Counted from the first letter of the stretch, positions 1 through 8,940 are shown. The stretch is 64,000 bases of DNA from Acidilobaceae archaeon (GCA_038824665.1 JAWBBK010000003.1:32318-96317); one strand, 5' to 3'. The notes: generated by a model not told the origin, from the letters alone. Program-made: numbers and translations.

Positions 1-886
1 CTAATTCGACAGCGCTCTTTCTATCCGGCATAGTGCTACTTCCTCTCATAGTGACTTTGAGCAAACCCATTGCAACCCCTAGTCTCAGAGCCCACTCAAC
101 GTTTCCCTCTTCTTTAAATCCTATAGTAAAACCAGCATCAAATGCGTCTCCTGCACCCGTCGTGTCGACCGCTCTGACTTTAGGGCTCTCTACAAAATAG
201 ACTTTAGACCTCGTTAAGACGACTGCTCCTTTCTCGCCCATCTTGACTGCTACCGCTTCAGCTCTAGAGCTTTTTTCAAGAATCTTACACGCGTTTTGTA
301 TGTCTGAAGATCCAAAGAGCGTTTCTAGCTCTTGTCTGGCTACTATAGCTACGTCTACGTTTTTCAGAGCTCTGAACACTCTTTCTCTATCTCTCTTGAC
401 TTCTGCTCCAGGGTCGTAGCTCAAAGTGATCTCTGAGGTCTCTTTCGAGTAGCTCAAAACCACATCTGGGTTTACGCTAGCGAAGTGAACGTGATCTCCT
501 TCTTTAGGGATGTGTTCATAAGAAAGATTCGAAGCAACACCTCTATATGATATTATTGCTCTAGATCCGTCTTCTCGAGAAACGAAGATAGAAGCTACGC
601 TAGGAGGGCCTTCTAAGACCTTTACATACATCACTTCGACTCCAGCTTCACGTAAGAACTCAAGAAAGCCGAGTCTTTGAGCTAAAGCGCTTGTGACCGC
701 TACTAGAAAAGCTTTGTGTCCTAGTTTACTCACAGCTACTGCGTAGTTCGTAGCCGCTCCTCCAGGTCCGAGCCAAAGGTCTTCAGCTAATAGTCCCTCT
801 CCCGCTTTAGGGCTTCTAGGCACAAACATAACCACGTCTATGTTTAGGTTTCCTACAGATAAGAACGAAAGAGTTCGTGTTCTCAC
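1..886 (-). CDS. PfkB/ribokinase-family carbohydrate kinase (3' end runs off the window)
   Basis: Manual translation from GTG at 886: MRTRTLSFLSVGNLNID...GPGGAATNYA...VKMGEKG...VDTTGAGDAF (PfkB signatures). Not in the ORF track because it is truncated. Confidence 0.9.
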   Translation of the reverse strand, partial: MRTRTLSFLSVGNLNIDVVMFVPRSPKAGEGLLAEDLWLGPGGAATNYAVAVSKLGHKAFLVAVTSALAQRLGFLEFLREAGVEVMYVKVLEGPPSVASIFVSREDGSRAIISYRGVASNLSYEHIPKEGDHVHFASVNPDVVLSYSKETSEITLSYDPGAEVKRDRERVFRALKNVDVAIVARQELETLFGSSDIQNACKILEKSSRAEAVAVKMGEKGAVVLTRSKVYFVESPKVRAVDTTGAGDAFDAGFTIGFKEEGNVEWALRLGVAMGLLKVTMRGSSTMPDRKSAVEL

Positions 887-1055
887 ACCTCTTTCCCCCG
901 ATTTCCAGCTGAAAGCTTCGGCTCTCTTTAAAAGACACGTAATACCTCATTGATTATGAAGTTTTTATCGCTACCTTTGAGTTGCTCACGTCAAGTTTAT
1001 TAGTCTTGGTTTGGCTATAGAATATCTAAATGATAGTGAGTTGGGTGAGTAAAAG

Positions 1056-1244
1056 ATGGCAGCCTGCACACAGGCCATCAAAGTAAAGACCCCCGGTGGT
1101 CAGGAAGCCACGTTAGTGCCCAAGAAAGTTTGGATGCTACAGCCCAAAGGCGGTAAAGGAGTCAAGATAGGACTATTCCAGGACCCCGCTAGCGGCAAGT
1201 TCTTCAGAGCTAAGGTCCCTGCTGAGTACCCTGAATGTGGCTAA
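1056..1244 (+). CDS. cren7: Crenarchaeal chromatin protein Cren7
   Basis: 62 aa, [33 protein letters not shown] is the Cren7 signature; GGTGA SD upstream. Confidence 0.95.
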   Translation: MAACTQAIKVKTPGGQEATLVPKKVWMLQPKGGKGVKIGLFQDPASGKFFRAKVPAEYPECG

Positions 1245-1277
1245 ACAAGCCACCGGGGGCTAAGCTCCAAACGTCTC

Positions 1278-1290
1278 CTTTTTTTCTCTT
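1278..1290 (+). terminator. Oligo-T archaeal terminator after cren7
   Basis: T-rich run (ccttttttttctct-like) about 35 nt after the cren7 stop. Confidence 0.45.
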
Positions 1291-1888
1291 ATCTTTTCTT
1301 AATTAGCTCCTTAACGATAATTATCTTAGAGAGGTCTTCGAGAGTCTCAATAGCGTTTAAAGCCTCATACAAGCTTGAGCTACTATAAGCAACTACTCCG
1401 TGTTTTTCTAAAACAACTAAGCTACAACCAGTCTTCACGAAAGCCTCTGCGACCACTTTCGCTAACTCGAGAGTAGCGGGCTTTATGTAAGGAACTCTAG
1501 CGATACAGCCAATTGACTGAACGGTCTCTGAGAACACATCTAAATCTGTGTCTAACCAACGCTCAGCAAGAGCGAGTATATAAGGGGGGTGGAGGTGAAG
1601 CACTGCGCGAGCTTTCTCGACTCTCCTGTAGACCTCTAAGTGGAGAGCGAGTTCTGATGATGGGTCTCCCCAGAGGACTTTGCCATCTAAGGTGACTAGA
1701 GATACCGTTGTAGGCGATATGAATTGTTTAGGGAGAGCTCTAGGACTTATATATACGAGCTTCAAGTCTCTGTCGAGTATGCTAGCGTTTCCTCCTTTAG
1801 TTTGAGTTAGCCCTCTATTATAAGCTGTCTTCATCACCTCGACTATCTCTTTAGAGAAGCTATTGAAAAAACTCAGTCTATCTGTCAG
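1289..1888 (-). CDS. Class II aldolase/adducin family protein (fuculose-1-phosphate aldolase-like)
   Basis: GGNAS, PSSELALH, HLHP and LEKHG metal motifs. The frame stays open upstream of the track start (1837) through FSKEIVEV to CTG codons at 1876/1888. Confidence 0.85.
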   Translation of the reverse strand: MTDRLSFFNSFSKEIVEVMKTAYNRGLTQTKGGNASILDRDLKLVYISPRALPKQFISPTTVSLVTLDGKVLWGDPSSELALHLEVYRRVEKARAVLHLHPPYILALAERWLDTDLDVFSETVQSIGCIARVPYIKPATLELAKVVAEAFVKTGCSLVVLEKHGVVAYSSSSLYEALNAIETLEDLSKIIIVKELIKKR

Positions 1889-2411
1889 ACTCCCCCACCA
1901 CGTAGTAGTACATAGTGCTCTGCCATCCTGTTCTGAAGCCGGAGACTTTGACTGGCTTCCAACCAGGTATTTGAAAATCTAGAGAAACTACTCGAGATCC
2001 CGGCTTGAGTTCTTTCGATAACTTGGGCTTAAGAGCATCGTTGACGCTTGTGAGTAGATAGATGTAGACTACAGAGGCTTCTCCAATAGGAGTCTCAAAT
2101 ATGTCTCCGTTCACAGCTACGAATCTGTCTAAAACCTCTTCTTGTTGAGCTCGTTTTATCGCTTGTTCTATGAGGTCTCTGCGAGACTCAATACAAACTC
2201 CTCTTCTCACAGCTGTTCTCTTTAATACCTCGACCACAACTCTGCCATCTCCACATCCTAGATCGTAAAAAACATCTTCAGAATCGAAGTCGACCAGCTT
2301 AAACAACATCTCCAAAGCTTCGTTACGAGTAGGAACGAAGGGAACTAACGAACCGCCTAAAGTCATAGCGAGCCACCCTAGCCAGTCACTGTATTCCTCA
2401 ATATCGCTCAT
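1878..2411 (-). CDS. SAM-dependent protein lysine methyltransferase (aKMT/Dot1-like)
   Basis: VPFVPT, YDLGCGDGRVV, VVYIYLL, LKPGSRVVSLDF.IPGW match the small crenarchaeal aKMT family. Confidence 0.8.
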   Translation of the reverse strand: MSDIEEYSDWLGWLAMTLGGSLVPFVPTRNEALEMLFKLVDFDSEDVFYDLGCGDGRVVVEVLKRTAVRRGVCIESRRDLIEQAIKRAQQEEVLDRFVAVNGDIFETPIGEASVVYIYLLTSVNDALKPKLSKELKPGSRVVSLDFQIPGWKPVKVSGFRTGWQSTMYYYVVGESDR

Positions 2412-2473
2412 TTTCTCCCGTTGTTTCTCTTAAGCAAGAGACTAATAAATGCTCTAAACAACGCCTACCTATT

Positions 2474-2878
2474 TTGAGGTGGTCTAGACTGATAGAAGTC
2501 GTTCACACATCCTTAGCTCCTAGCCCTGTTGGTCCTTATTCTCAAGCTGTGAAAGCTGGCTGTTTTCTGTTCGTCTCCGGACAGATCCCAATAGACCCCT
2601 TGACGGGAGAGTTGATTAAAGACGACTTTTCAGAAGAGGTTAGAAGAGTTCTATTGAACCTCAAAGCTGTAGTTGAAGCGGCAGGAGCAGGACTGGATAG
2701 AATAGTCAAGGTTACAGTCTATCTAACGGACTTGAGGTTAGCTCAAGAGTTCAACAGAATCTATGCTGAGTTCTTCGGAAGCTTCAGACCATCAAGGTCT
2801 TTAGTAGAAGTCTCTGGTCTTCCTAGAGGTGCTAGAGTCGAGATAGAGGCTGTGGCTTATCTTTGTGGGGACAGGTGA
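2474..2878 (+). CDS. ridA: RidA/YjgF/UK114 enamine deaminase
   Basis: APSPVGPYSQAV, FVSGQIP, P.RS.V.V..LP.GA.VEIE; true start may be CTG at 2489. Confidence 0.92.
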   Translation: MRWSRLIEVVHTSLAPSPVGPYSQAVKAGCFLFVSGQIPIDPLTGELIKDDFSEEVRRVLLNLKAVVEAAGAGLDRIVKVTVYLTDLRLAQEFNRIYAEFFGSFRPSRSLVEVSGLPRGARVEIEAVAYLCGDR

Positions 2879-3775
2879 TGCATGAAGTCTGTGTGACAGG
2901 ACTAGGAGCTATAGGTAGCCTCTTGGGCTTTTTTCGCTTCTAAAGGTCTTGGAGAACCTGTAGCCGTCTTGGTTAGAAGGAGAGAACAAGCTGAAGAAGT
3001 CTTGAAACAAGGGGTTAAGCTGGAAGGGCTCATCTCAGGGTCCTATAGACCTGTGGTGTATTTGAGAGAATTCGGAGAACGCTGTAGGTATAACATAATA
3101 GCTACGAAAGCCTACGATGCTGAAGAGGCTGCGAGAATCACTTTAGAAAAAACAGAGGTCTTCGTGGTAGCCTGTAACGGTTTAGGTCCACTTGAAACCG
3201 TTGCTGGTTTTGGAAAGAAAACAGCTGGAGCAGTGATAGACTATGGAGTCACAAAGCTTTCTGATTGGGAAGTCTCCGTTAGAGGTTTAGGCTCTATTGT
3301 TTTAGGACCTTGGAGAGGAGAAGCTAAGATAGAGCCTCTAGCTGAGATCTTGTCTCAAGGCGGAGCTAGAGTGAGAACAGTAAAGGACTTAGAGCCTTAT
3401 AGATGGCTTAAGCTTTCTGTCAACGCTGCGCTTAATCCAATCACAGCTTTGCTAAGAGCTCCTAACGGAGCTATTTTGGTTGAGCCCGCGTGGAGCTTAG
3501 CTAAAGCTGCTTGTCAAGAAGTGGTATCCGTAGCTAGGGCTCGTGGAATAGAGCTACCTGAGGATTGTGTGGAGTACCTTAAGAGAGTAGCTGAATCAAC
3601 GAAAGAGAACAAATCCTCTACTTTAGCTGATTTAGAAGCTTGTAGAAGAACTGAAGTAGATTTCATAAACGGAGCCGTAGTCAGAGCCGCTCAAGAGCTA
3701 GGACTCAAGACTCCGGTTAACGAAGTGCTTTACAAGCTGGTCAAAGCTTTGGAGGCGTTGGCATGTGCGCGATAA
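2878..3775 (+). pseudogene. panE: Ketopantoate reductase with an N-terminal frameshift
   Basis: ATG 2878 gives MHEVCVTGLGAIGSLLGFF (Rossmann GxGAIG), then TAA. The rest (IATKAYD, WLKLSVNAALNPITAL, NKSS.L.D, RTEVDFING) is in the +1 frame. The break is at the T6 run 2929-2934. Could be a sequencing error. Confidence 0.8.
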
Positions 3776-4577
3776 GGTCATGGTAAAAGATATAGTGAAG
3801 ATGAAAGGCTCTAACAAAATAGTGATGGTGACAGCTTACGATTATCCTACAGCTAAGCTTGTCGATAAAGCAGGGGTAGACGCGATCCTAGTGGGAGACA
3901 GTCTAGCTATGGTCCTTTTGGGCTATCCTACAACTCATGGAGCTACTATGAGAGAGATGTTAGCTCACACGAGAGCTGTAGCTAGAGCAAAGCCTAGAGC
4001 TCTCGTAGTAGGAGACATGCCTTTCGGTAGCTACGAGCCTAGTTCAAAGAAGGCTATAGAATCGGCGATAGCTTTCGTCAAAGCTGGAGCAGAAGCTGTA
4101 AAGTTAGAAGGAGGAAGCGAGTACGCAGACAGAGTTAGAGCTATAGTGAAAGCAGGAATCCCCGTTATGGGACATATAGGTATGACTCCTCAAAGATATC
4201 TTACGCTAGGAGGCTTTAGACCAGTAGGCAAAAGAGAAGAGGAAGCGAGAACTCTTCTAGAAGATGCTGAAGCTCTTCAAGAAGCAGGAGCCTTCTCGAT
4301 AGTCATAGAGTTCACAGCAGCTGAAGTCGCTAAAGAGATAACGAGTAGACTAGAGATACCGACTATTTGTATAGGCTCTGGACCATATTGTGACGGACAG
4401 GTGCTAGTGCTTCACGATATAATAGGACTTTCTGAAGCTCCTCCACCTTTTGCAAAAAGATATGTCAATGTAGCCGAAATCGTAATAGAGGCGGTAAGGT
4501 CTTTTGCCAAAGAGGTTAGAGAGGGAACGTTTCCCGGACCTGAGCACACGCCGGTAAGGCTTAAAAAGCAGTCTTAA
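3765..4577 (+). CDS. panB: 3-methyl-2-oxobutanoate hydroxymethyltransferase
   Basis: MVTAYD, ILVGDSL, GDMPFGSY, VKLEGG, GHIG.TPQ, CDGQVLV.HD. Confidence 0.97.
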   Translation: MRDKVMVKDIVKMKGSNKIVMVTAYDYPTAKLVDKAGVDAILVGDSLAMVLLGYPTTHGATMREMLAHTRAVARAKPRALVVGDMPFGSYEPSSKKAIESAIAFVKAGAEAVKLEGGSEYADRVRAIVKAGIPVMGHIGMTPQRYLTLGGFRPVGKREEEARTLLEDAEALQEAGAFSIVIEFTAAEVAKEITSRLEIPTICIGSGPYCDGQVLVLHDIIGLSEAPPPFAKRYVNVAEIVIEAVRSFAKEVREGTFPGPEHTPVRLKKQS

Positions 4578-4606
4578 TAATACAAATTTAAAATTTTTGT
4601 TATTAA
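4574..4606. promoter_or_regulatory. AT-rich imperfect palindrome just upstream of a TATA box; candidate regulator binding site
   Basis: TTAATAA-T-ACAAA...TTTG-TTATTAA, followed by CTTAAATA (4613-4620) before the Lrp-like gene. Confidence 0.4.
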
Positions 4607-4640
4607 CTAAAGCTTAAATATTCTCTATCACTACTAATAA

Positions 4641-6107
4641 TTGGGGTTGAGAACGATCGACTTAATACAACCGATTTCTACAAAGAAAGAGGAGAGGGAG
4701 GGAGGAACGGAAGAGCCTCATGGATGTCCGAAAATGTTAAGACTTCAAAACTATTTTAGTAGACTTAAGGGACTCAAGAAAGGTCTAGCTGAAGTTCTAG
4801 AGAACAGACCTGAACTCTCGTCTTATGTCTCAATCTTAAGAATTCTCGACTACTTCCAGTACACCAACCCTCCTTACGTCCAGAAACAGGTATCTGAAGA
4901 CCTTGGAGAGCCTCAGTCCAAGATCTCACAGCTCGTCGAAAGCTTAGAGAAGAAAGGGGTTAGAATTAGACTAGACTATTCTCATGTGCCTCTCGGTCTC
5001 AGACTTCTCGTAGTCATGTTTGAAAGCACGAAAGCCAGAGCTGACAGACTTCCTCTCATCGATTGGGTATCGACAGTTCTTAGAAGTCCTAAAGGTCTCA
5101 TAATTACATACAGAGTTCCCGCTACAAACATGCAAGAAGCTGTAGACATAATCGAGACCAGAGCAGAGCTGATGAGTGCAAGCACAGGACGCACGAGGAT
5201 CACGATACTAAGAGGAGAGGACTCACTACTGGCTAGACCTAGTCTAGAGTACTGGCTCTACAGAGTCTTCGACGAACACTCAGAGCTAGAGGAGATAGAC
5301 CCGATAAACGCTTTTGACCTTCTCGATGACCATCCGCGAAGAATCGATGCACCTGACTCTCTCGACCTCTACGAAGACATAGAGTTTAATCTCGACGAGC
5401 CTCACATAGGCTTTAGAGACATGTTCGACCTAGTTCTGCTGTCATATATGGAGGCTTCTATATTCCACACCAGATCGCGCAACCTAGAAGACCTGCTTCC
5501 AAAGAGGTTCGGTAAGCCGCGTCTTCAGGTAGAGCTCCACGAGAGCCACCTTAGAGCTGTAGCGAGAGGGAGCAAGGTCTCAATGAACGATCTAGATCCT
5601 GAAGAAGGAAACGTCATTCTATGCTGTGTAGCTTGGGGGTCTCAAAGAGAGCTAAGAACTCTATCTAGAGACCTCAAGAAGCACCCCTACGTCTACACTC
5701 TAGCTAAGTTAGAAGAGGAAGGACTGTTTTTCACTATGACAATACCGGTAGCGTTTACAAACAAGCTAGCTATAGAGCTAAGAGAAAGATATGGAGTTGA
5801 CATAGACTTATCGGTTGTTACTGTGAAAGACTTACTGTTGAGACAAGGTCTTCCCTATAGAAACTACAACCAGCTCGAGAGGTCGTGGGACTTCCGTAAC
5901 ACAGTTAAGACAGTGCTTCTGAATTATCTCAGAGGCTATGTCGAGAAGAGGAGAGAAGTACATATGAACATAAGGGAATATGTTGAGAAAGCTAAGAGTA
6001 GCTACGGAGAGGACTTGCTTTTAGAAGCCGCTAGAGATCTAGGCTATGAGTCTATAGATGAACTGATAGATGAGATTGAGAAGATCGAAGTACAGAACAG
6101 AAGATAG
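4641..6107 (+). CDS. Large tandem Lrp/AsnC-like winged-helix protein with a charged helical C-tail (putative regulator)
   Basis: N-terminal HTH (QKQVSEDLGEPQSKISQLVESLEKKGV) followed by a LGL-beta RAM-like segment; second repeat DMFDLVLLSYME...VELHESHL. Confidence 0.55.
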   Translation: MGLRTIDLIQPISTKKEEREGGTEEPHGCPKMLRLQNYFSRLKGLKKGLAEVLENRPELSSYVSILRILDYFQYTNPPYVQKQVSEDLGEPQSKISQLVESLEKKGVRIRLDYSHVPLGLRLLVVMFESTKARADRLPLIDWVSTVLRSPKGLIITYRVPATNMQEAVDIIETRAELMSASTGRTRITILRGEDSLLARPSLEYWLYRVFDEHSELEEIDPINAFDLLDDHPRRIDAPDSLDLYEDIEFNLDEPHIGFRDMFDLVLLSYMEASIFHTRSRNLEDLLPKRFGKPRLQVELHESHLRAVARGSKVSMNDLDPEEGNVILCCVAWGSQRELRTLSRDLKKHPYVYTLAKLEEEGLFFTMTIPVAFTNKLAIELRERYGVDIDLSVVTVKDLLLRQGLPYRNYNQLERSWDFRNTVKTVLLNYLRGYVEKRREVHMNIREYVEKAKSSYGEDLLLEAARDLGYESIDELIDEIEKIEVQNRR

Positions 6108-6110
6108 CCA

Positions 6111-6134
6111 AATAATGCTAGAAATAATGCTAGA
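6111..6134. repeat. Perfect 12-bp tandem duplication (AATAATGCTAGA)x2
   Basis: Read directly: 6111-6122 and 6123-6134. Confidence 0.85.
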
Positions 6135-6415
6135 ATACGTCGGCTTCTGGAGGTACCTTTGTTCCGTTGAACACGACTTTATCCCCCTTCAAAATCTAAC
6201 CTTCATAACTATTTGATCTAATCAAAAGGGAAAATCATTACAGTGCTTTTGTTATGCTGAAGGTCTATATATACTTTCTATTTATACAATTTTGTTTTTT
6301 ATTTGTGTATCGATGAGATCGGAGTTTCTTAACGTTCTCTCTTGAAATTGTAAAAAGAGAGTTCACGAATGGACTTAATAAGGGGCTTCGGTCAAGGTTA
6401 ACGCTAGGAGGAGAG

Positions 6416-7732
6416 TTGACAGCTAGAGTTTATATTGAGACTTACGGTTGTGCTCTAGCAGAGTTCGAGTCTTGCATTATGGAAGAGGTTTTGAGAGCTC
6501 GCGGTTTTGAGGTTGTCAGCGACATAAGCTTAGCTGACGTGATTGTTGTAAACACTTGTGCTGTAAGACTTGATACTGAGCAGAAGATCGCTAAAAGGTT
6601 ACTCGAACTCCGAAAGTCGCGTTCTAACGCACGTTTTGTCGTAACTGGTTGTTTAGCTAAAGCTAGACCTGGTCTTGTAATTAGAGTAGTTCCTGAAGCC
6701 TCTCTGTTAGCTCCTCAAGCTGTAGAAAGAGTAGCTGAAGCTGTCAATACTGCTCTCGCTGGCTCTAAGCTTATAGTCTTGGACTGCGAGAGAGACACGT
6801 CTAGAGCTCCTCCTTTAAGACCTCAAGAAGCTGTAGGAACGGTGATGATACAAGAAGGTTGTTTAAACGAATGTAGCTTCTGTATAACCAAACTGGCTAG
6901 ACCGAAGCTAAAGAGCTATCCAATTAACGTGGTAGTTGATATGGTGAGAAGGCTTGTAGAACAAGGAGCTGTGGAGATCAGGCTTACAGGAATGGATGTA
7001 GGAGCTTATGGAGCAGACCTCTCAGATAAGCCCACTTTAGCTGACCTGTTGAGAGAAGTTCTAGACAAAGTAGAAGGAGACTATTTAATAAGGATAGGAA
7101 TGATGACTCCTGAATCAGCTCTTGAGACGATAGACGACCTGTTGGACGTATATAGAGACCCTAGAGTCTACAAGTACTTCCACATACCCGTACAGACAGG
7201 AGACGATAGGTTACTGAAGATCATGGGTAGAAAGTATAGCGTTGAAGACTATAAGGAGCTCTACAAAAAGATAAAGAACAGGTTTCCTGATGCCGTTGTG
7301 GCTACAGACATAATAGTTGGACATCCTGGAGAGGACGAAAAGTCTTTCGAGAAGACCGTTGAGCTCCTCTTAGAGCTGAGATTTGAGAAAGTACATATAG
7401 CTCAATATACCATAAGACCTCACACTAAAGCCTCGGTTTTACCTCAGGTCTCAGATAGCGTTAAGAAAGAGAGAAGCACTAAGCTCTCTAAGTTGGTCGA
7501 GTCTATATGTTATGAGAAGCTATCGAGATATAAGAGCAGAGAGGTCGTGGCTAGAGTCGTAGAGATAGGCTTTAGAAAAGAGAGTCTGATAGCTAGACTT
7601 GAGAACTACGTTCCTGTAGTGTTGAGAGGAGGAAAAGAGCTACTAAGGAAAAGAGTTAGAGTTCTGATAGAGGATAACACCTTCTTCGACCTCAGAGGTA
7701 AGGTCATAGAGGTGTTAATGAATAGAATATAG
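6416..7732 (+). CDS. mtaB: tRNA methylthiotransferase (archaeal MtaB/e-MtaB type), radical SAM + TRAM
   Basis: UPF0004 ETYGC..NTCAV..TGC, GCLNECSFC, HIPVQTG, TDIIVGHPGE. Confidence 0.88.
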   Translation: MTARVYIETYGCALAEFESCIMEEVLRARGFEVVSDISLADVIVVNTCAVRLDTEQKIAKRLLELRKSRSNARFVVTGCLAKARPGLVIRVVPEASLLAPQAVERVAEAVNTALAGSKLIVLDCERDTSRAPPLRPQEAVGTVMIQEGCLNECSFCITKLARPKLKSYPINVVVDMVRRLVEQGAVEIRLTGMDVGAYGADLSDKPTLADLLREVLDKVEGDYLIRIGMMTPESALETIDDLLDVYRDPRVYKYFHIPVQTGDDRLLKIMGRKYSVEDYKELYKKIKNRFPDAVVATDIIVGHPGEDEKSFEKTVELLLELRFEKVHIAQYTIRPHTKASVLPQVSDSVKKERSTKLSKLVESICYEKLSRYKSREVVARVVEIGFRKESLIARLENYVPVVLRGGKELLRKRVRVLIEDNTFFDLRGKVIEVLMNRI

Positions 7733-7779
7733 AACGGTCAAGAGGATAGTTTGGACTTGATGTAGAAAGTATTCTCGCG

Positions 7780-7920
7780 TTATTCTTCTTCTTCCTCTTC
7801 TTCCCAGAACTCTTCTTCTTCCTCTTCCTCCCAGAACTCTTCTTCTTCGTCGAATTCTTCCTCTTCTTCCCAGAATTCCTCTTCTTCTTCCTCTTCTTCT
7901 TCTACCCTCTTGCGAGGCAT
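7780..7920 (-). CDS. 46-aa hyper-acidic peptide MPRKRV-E9-FW-E5-FD-E4-FW-E7-FW-E7
   Basis: Manual translation, ATG at 7920 to TAA at 7780; Glu codons alternate GAA/GAG; TATA-like TATATATAAT at 7961-7970. Below the ORF-track cutoff. Confidence 0.7.
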   Translation of the reverse strand: MPRKRVEEEEEEEEEFWEEEEEFDEEEEFWEEEEEEEFWEEEEEEE

Positions 7921-7972
7921 AACCTTCTCACTCTCAGGTTTTTCGGCTTAGAGGTCTAAGTATATATAATTT

Positions 7973-8890
7973 TTGGGTATTGCTAGACGTGTAGTCGGCT
8001 GGCTCTTTTTGGAGATCTACGATTTCAGAAGAACTCCCTCAGTAACTGTTGACGAGAAAGAGCTGTTGTCTCTGTTAGAGGCATGTAGAGCTGGAGTCGG
8101 AAACGTGAAAGTAGACCTAGGTTTACGCTCAGCTAAAGTAGAGAAGGTCGGAAGTCTTTGTGTGATCTCTACAGAAGTCGCCGTAGTGAGAGTAGAGTCG
8201 AAAGACCTCGAAAGAGTTCTAGAAGAGTCCAGGGGAAGAGAGGTCTTTGTACTTGAAGAGAGCGGAACCGTTAGTGTAGCTGAAATCCGAGGAGCTCATT
8301 ACTATAAGTTGGTCTCTCTCGGAGAGACCGCCCCTACTCTAGAAATAAATGGAATTCATATGCATAGAGTCTCCGGAACTACTCCCTGGAAAGACGCAGA
8401 ACTCAAAGCTAGACTCGTTGGAGCGAGAAGAGGAACTAAGGTCTTAGATGTGTGTACAGGGCTCGGCTATACAGCTATACACTCGTTGCTTTTAGGAAGC
8501 GCTAGCGTCACGACGATCGAAGTTGATGAAAACGTTCTAAGCCTAGCTGAAGTAAACCCTTGGAGCGAGTTGTTAGGAAGCGAGAACGTGGTCTTAATTC
8601 ATGGAGATGCAGTTGAAGTTGTGAAAGAGCTTGAAGGAAGCTATCATGCAATCATTCATGACCCGCCTCGCTTTACGTCTTCTACGAGCAAGCTCTATAG
8701 CATAGAGTTCTACAAAGAGTTCTATAGGTTGCTGAAGAGAGAAGGAAGGCTTTTCCATTATACAGGAGAGCCAAAGAGAGCTAGAGGAGCGAGATTCCCC
8801 TCTAAAGTAGCTTCAAGACTAAGAGAAGCTGGCTTCAAGATCGTCAGATACGACCCAAGAGCTTTAGGGATAATAGCTATCAAGCTTTAA
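7973..8890 (+). CDS. Archaeal SAM-dependent methyltransferase (COG2521-like)
   Basis: PTLEINGIHMHR, VLDVCTGLGYTAI, IIHDPPRF, LFHYTGEP. Confidence 0.8.
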   Translation: MGIARRVVGWLFLEIYDFRRTPSVTVDEKELLSLLEACRAGVGNVKVDLGLRSAKVEKVGSLCVISTEVAVVRVESKDLERVLEESRGREVFVLEESGTVSVAEIRGAHYYKLVSLGETAPTLEINGIHMHRVSGTTPWKDAELKARLVGARRGTKVLDVCTGLGYTAIHSLLLGSASVTTIEVDENVLSLAEVNPWSELLGSENVVLIHGDAVEVVKELEGSYHAIIHDPPRFTSSTSKLYSIEFYKEFYRLLKREGRLFHYTGEPKRARGARFPSKVASRLREAGFKIVRYDPRALGIIAIKL

Positions 8891-8940
8891 ACTCGGCTCC
8901 ACTGCATAGAACATCTTCTTCTAATTACAAAGTTAAAATA

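Noticed and set aside
7780-7905. Non-coding (TTC)n microsatellite
   Set aside because: Interruptions are whole codons or synonymous third-position changes, bounded by ATG and TAA; a peptide explains it better.
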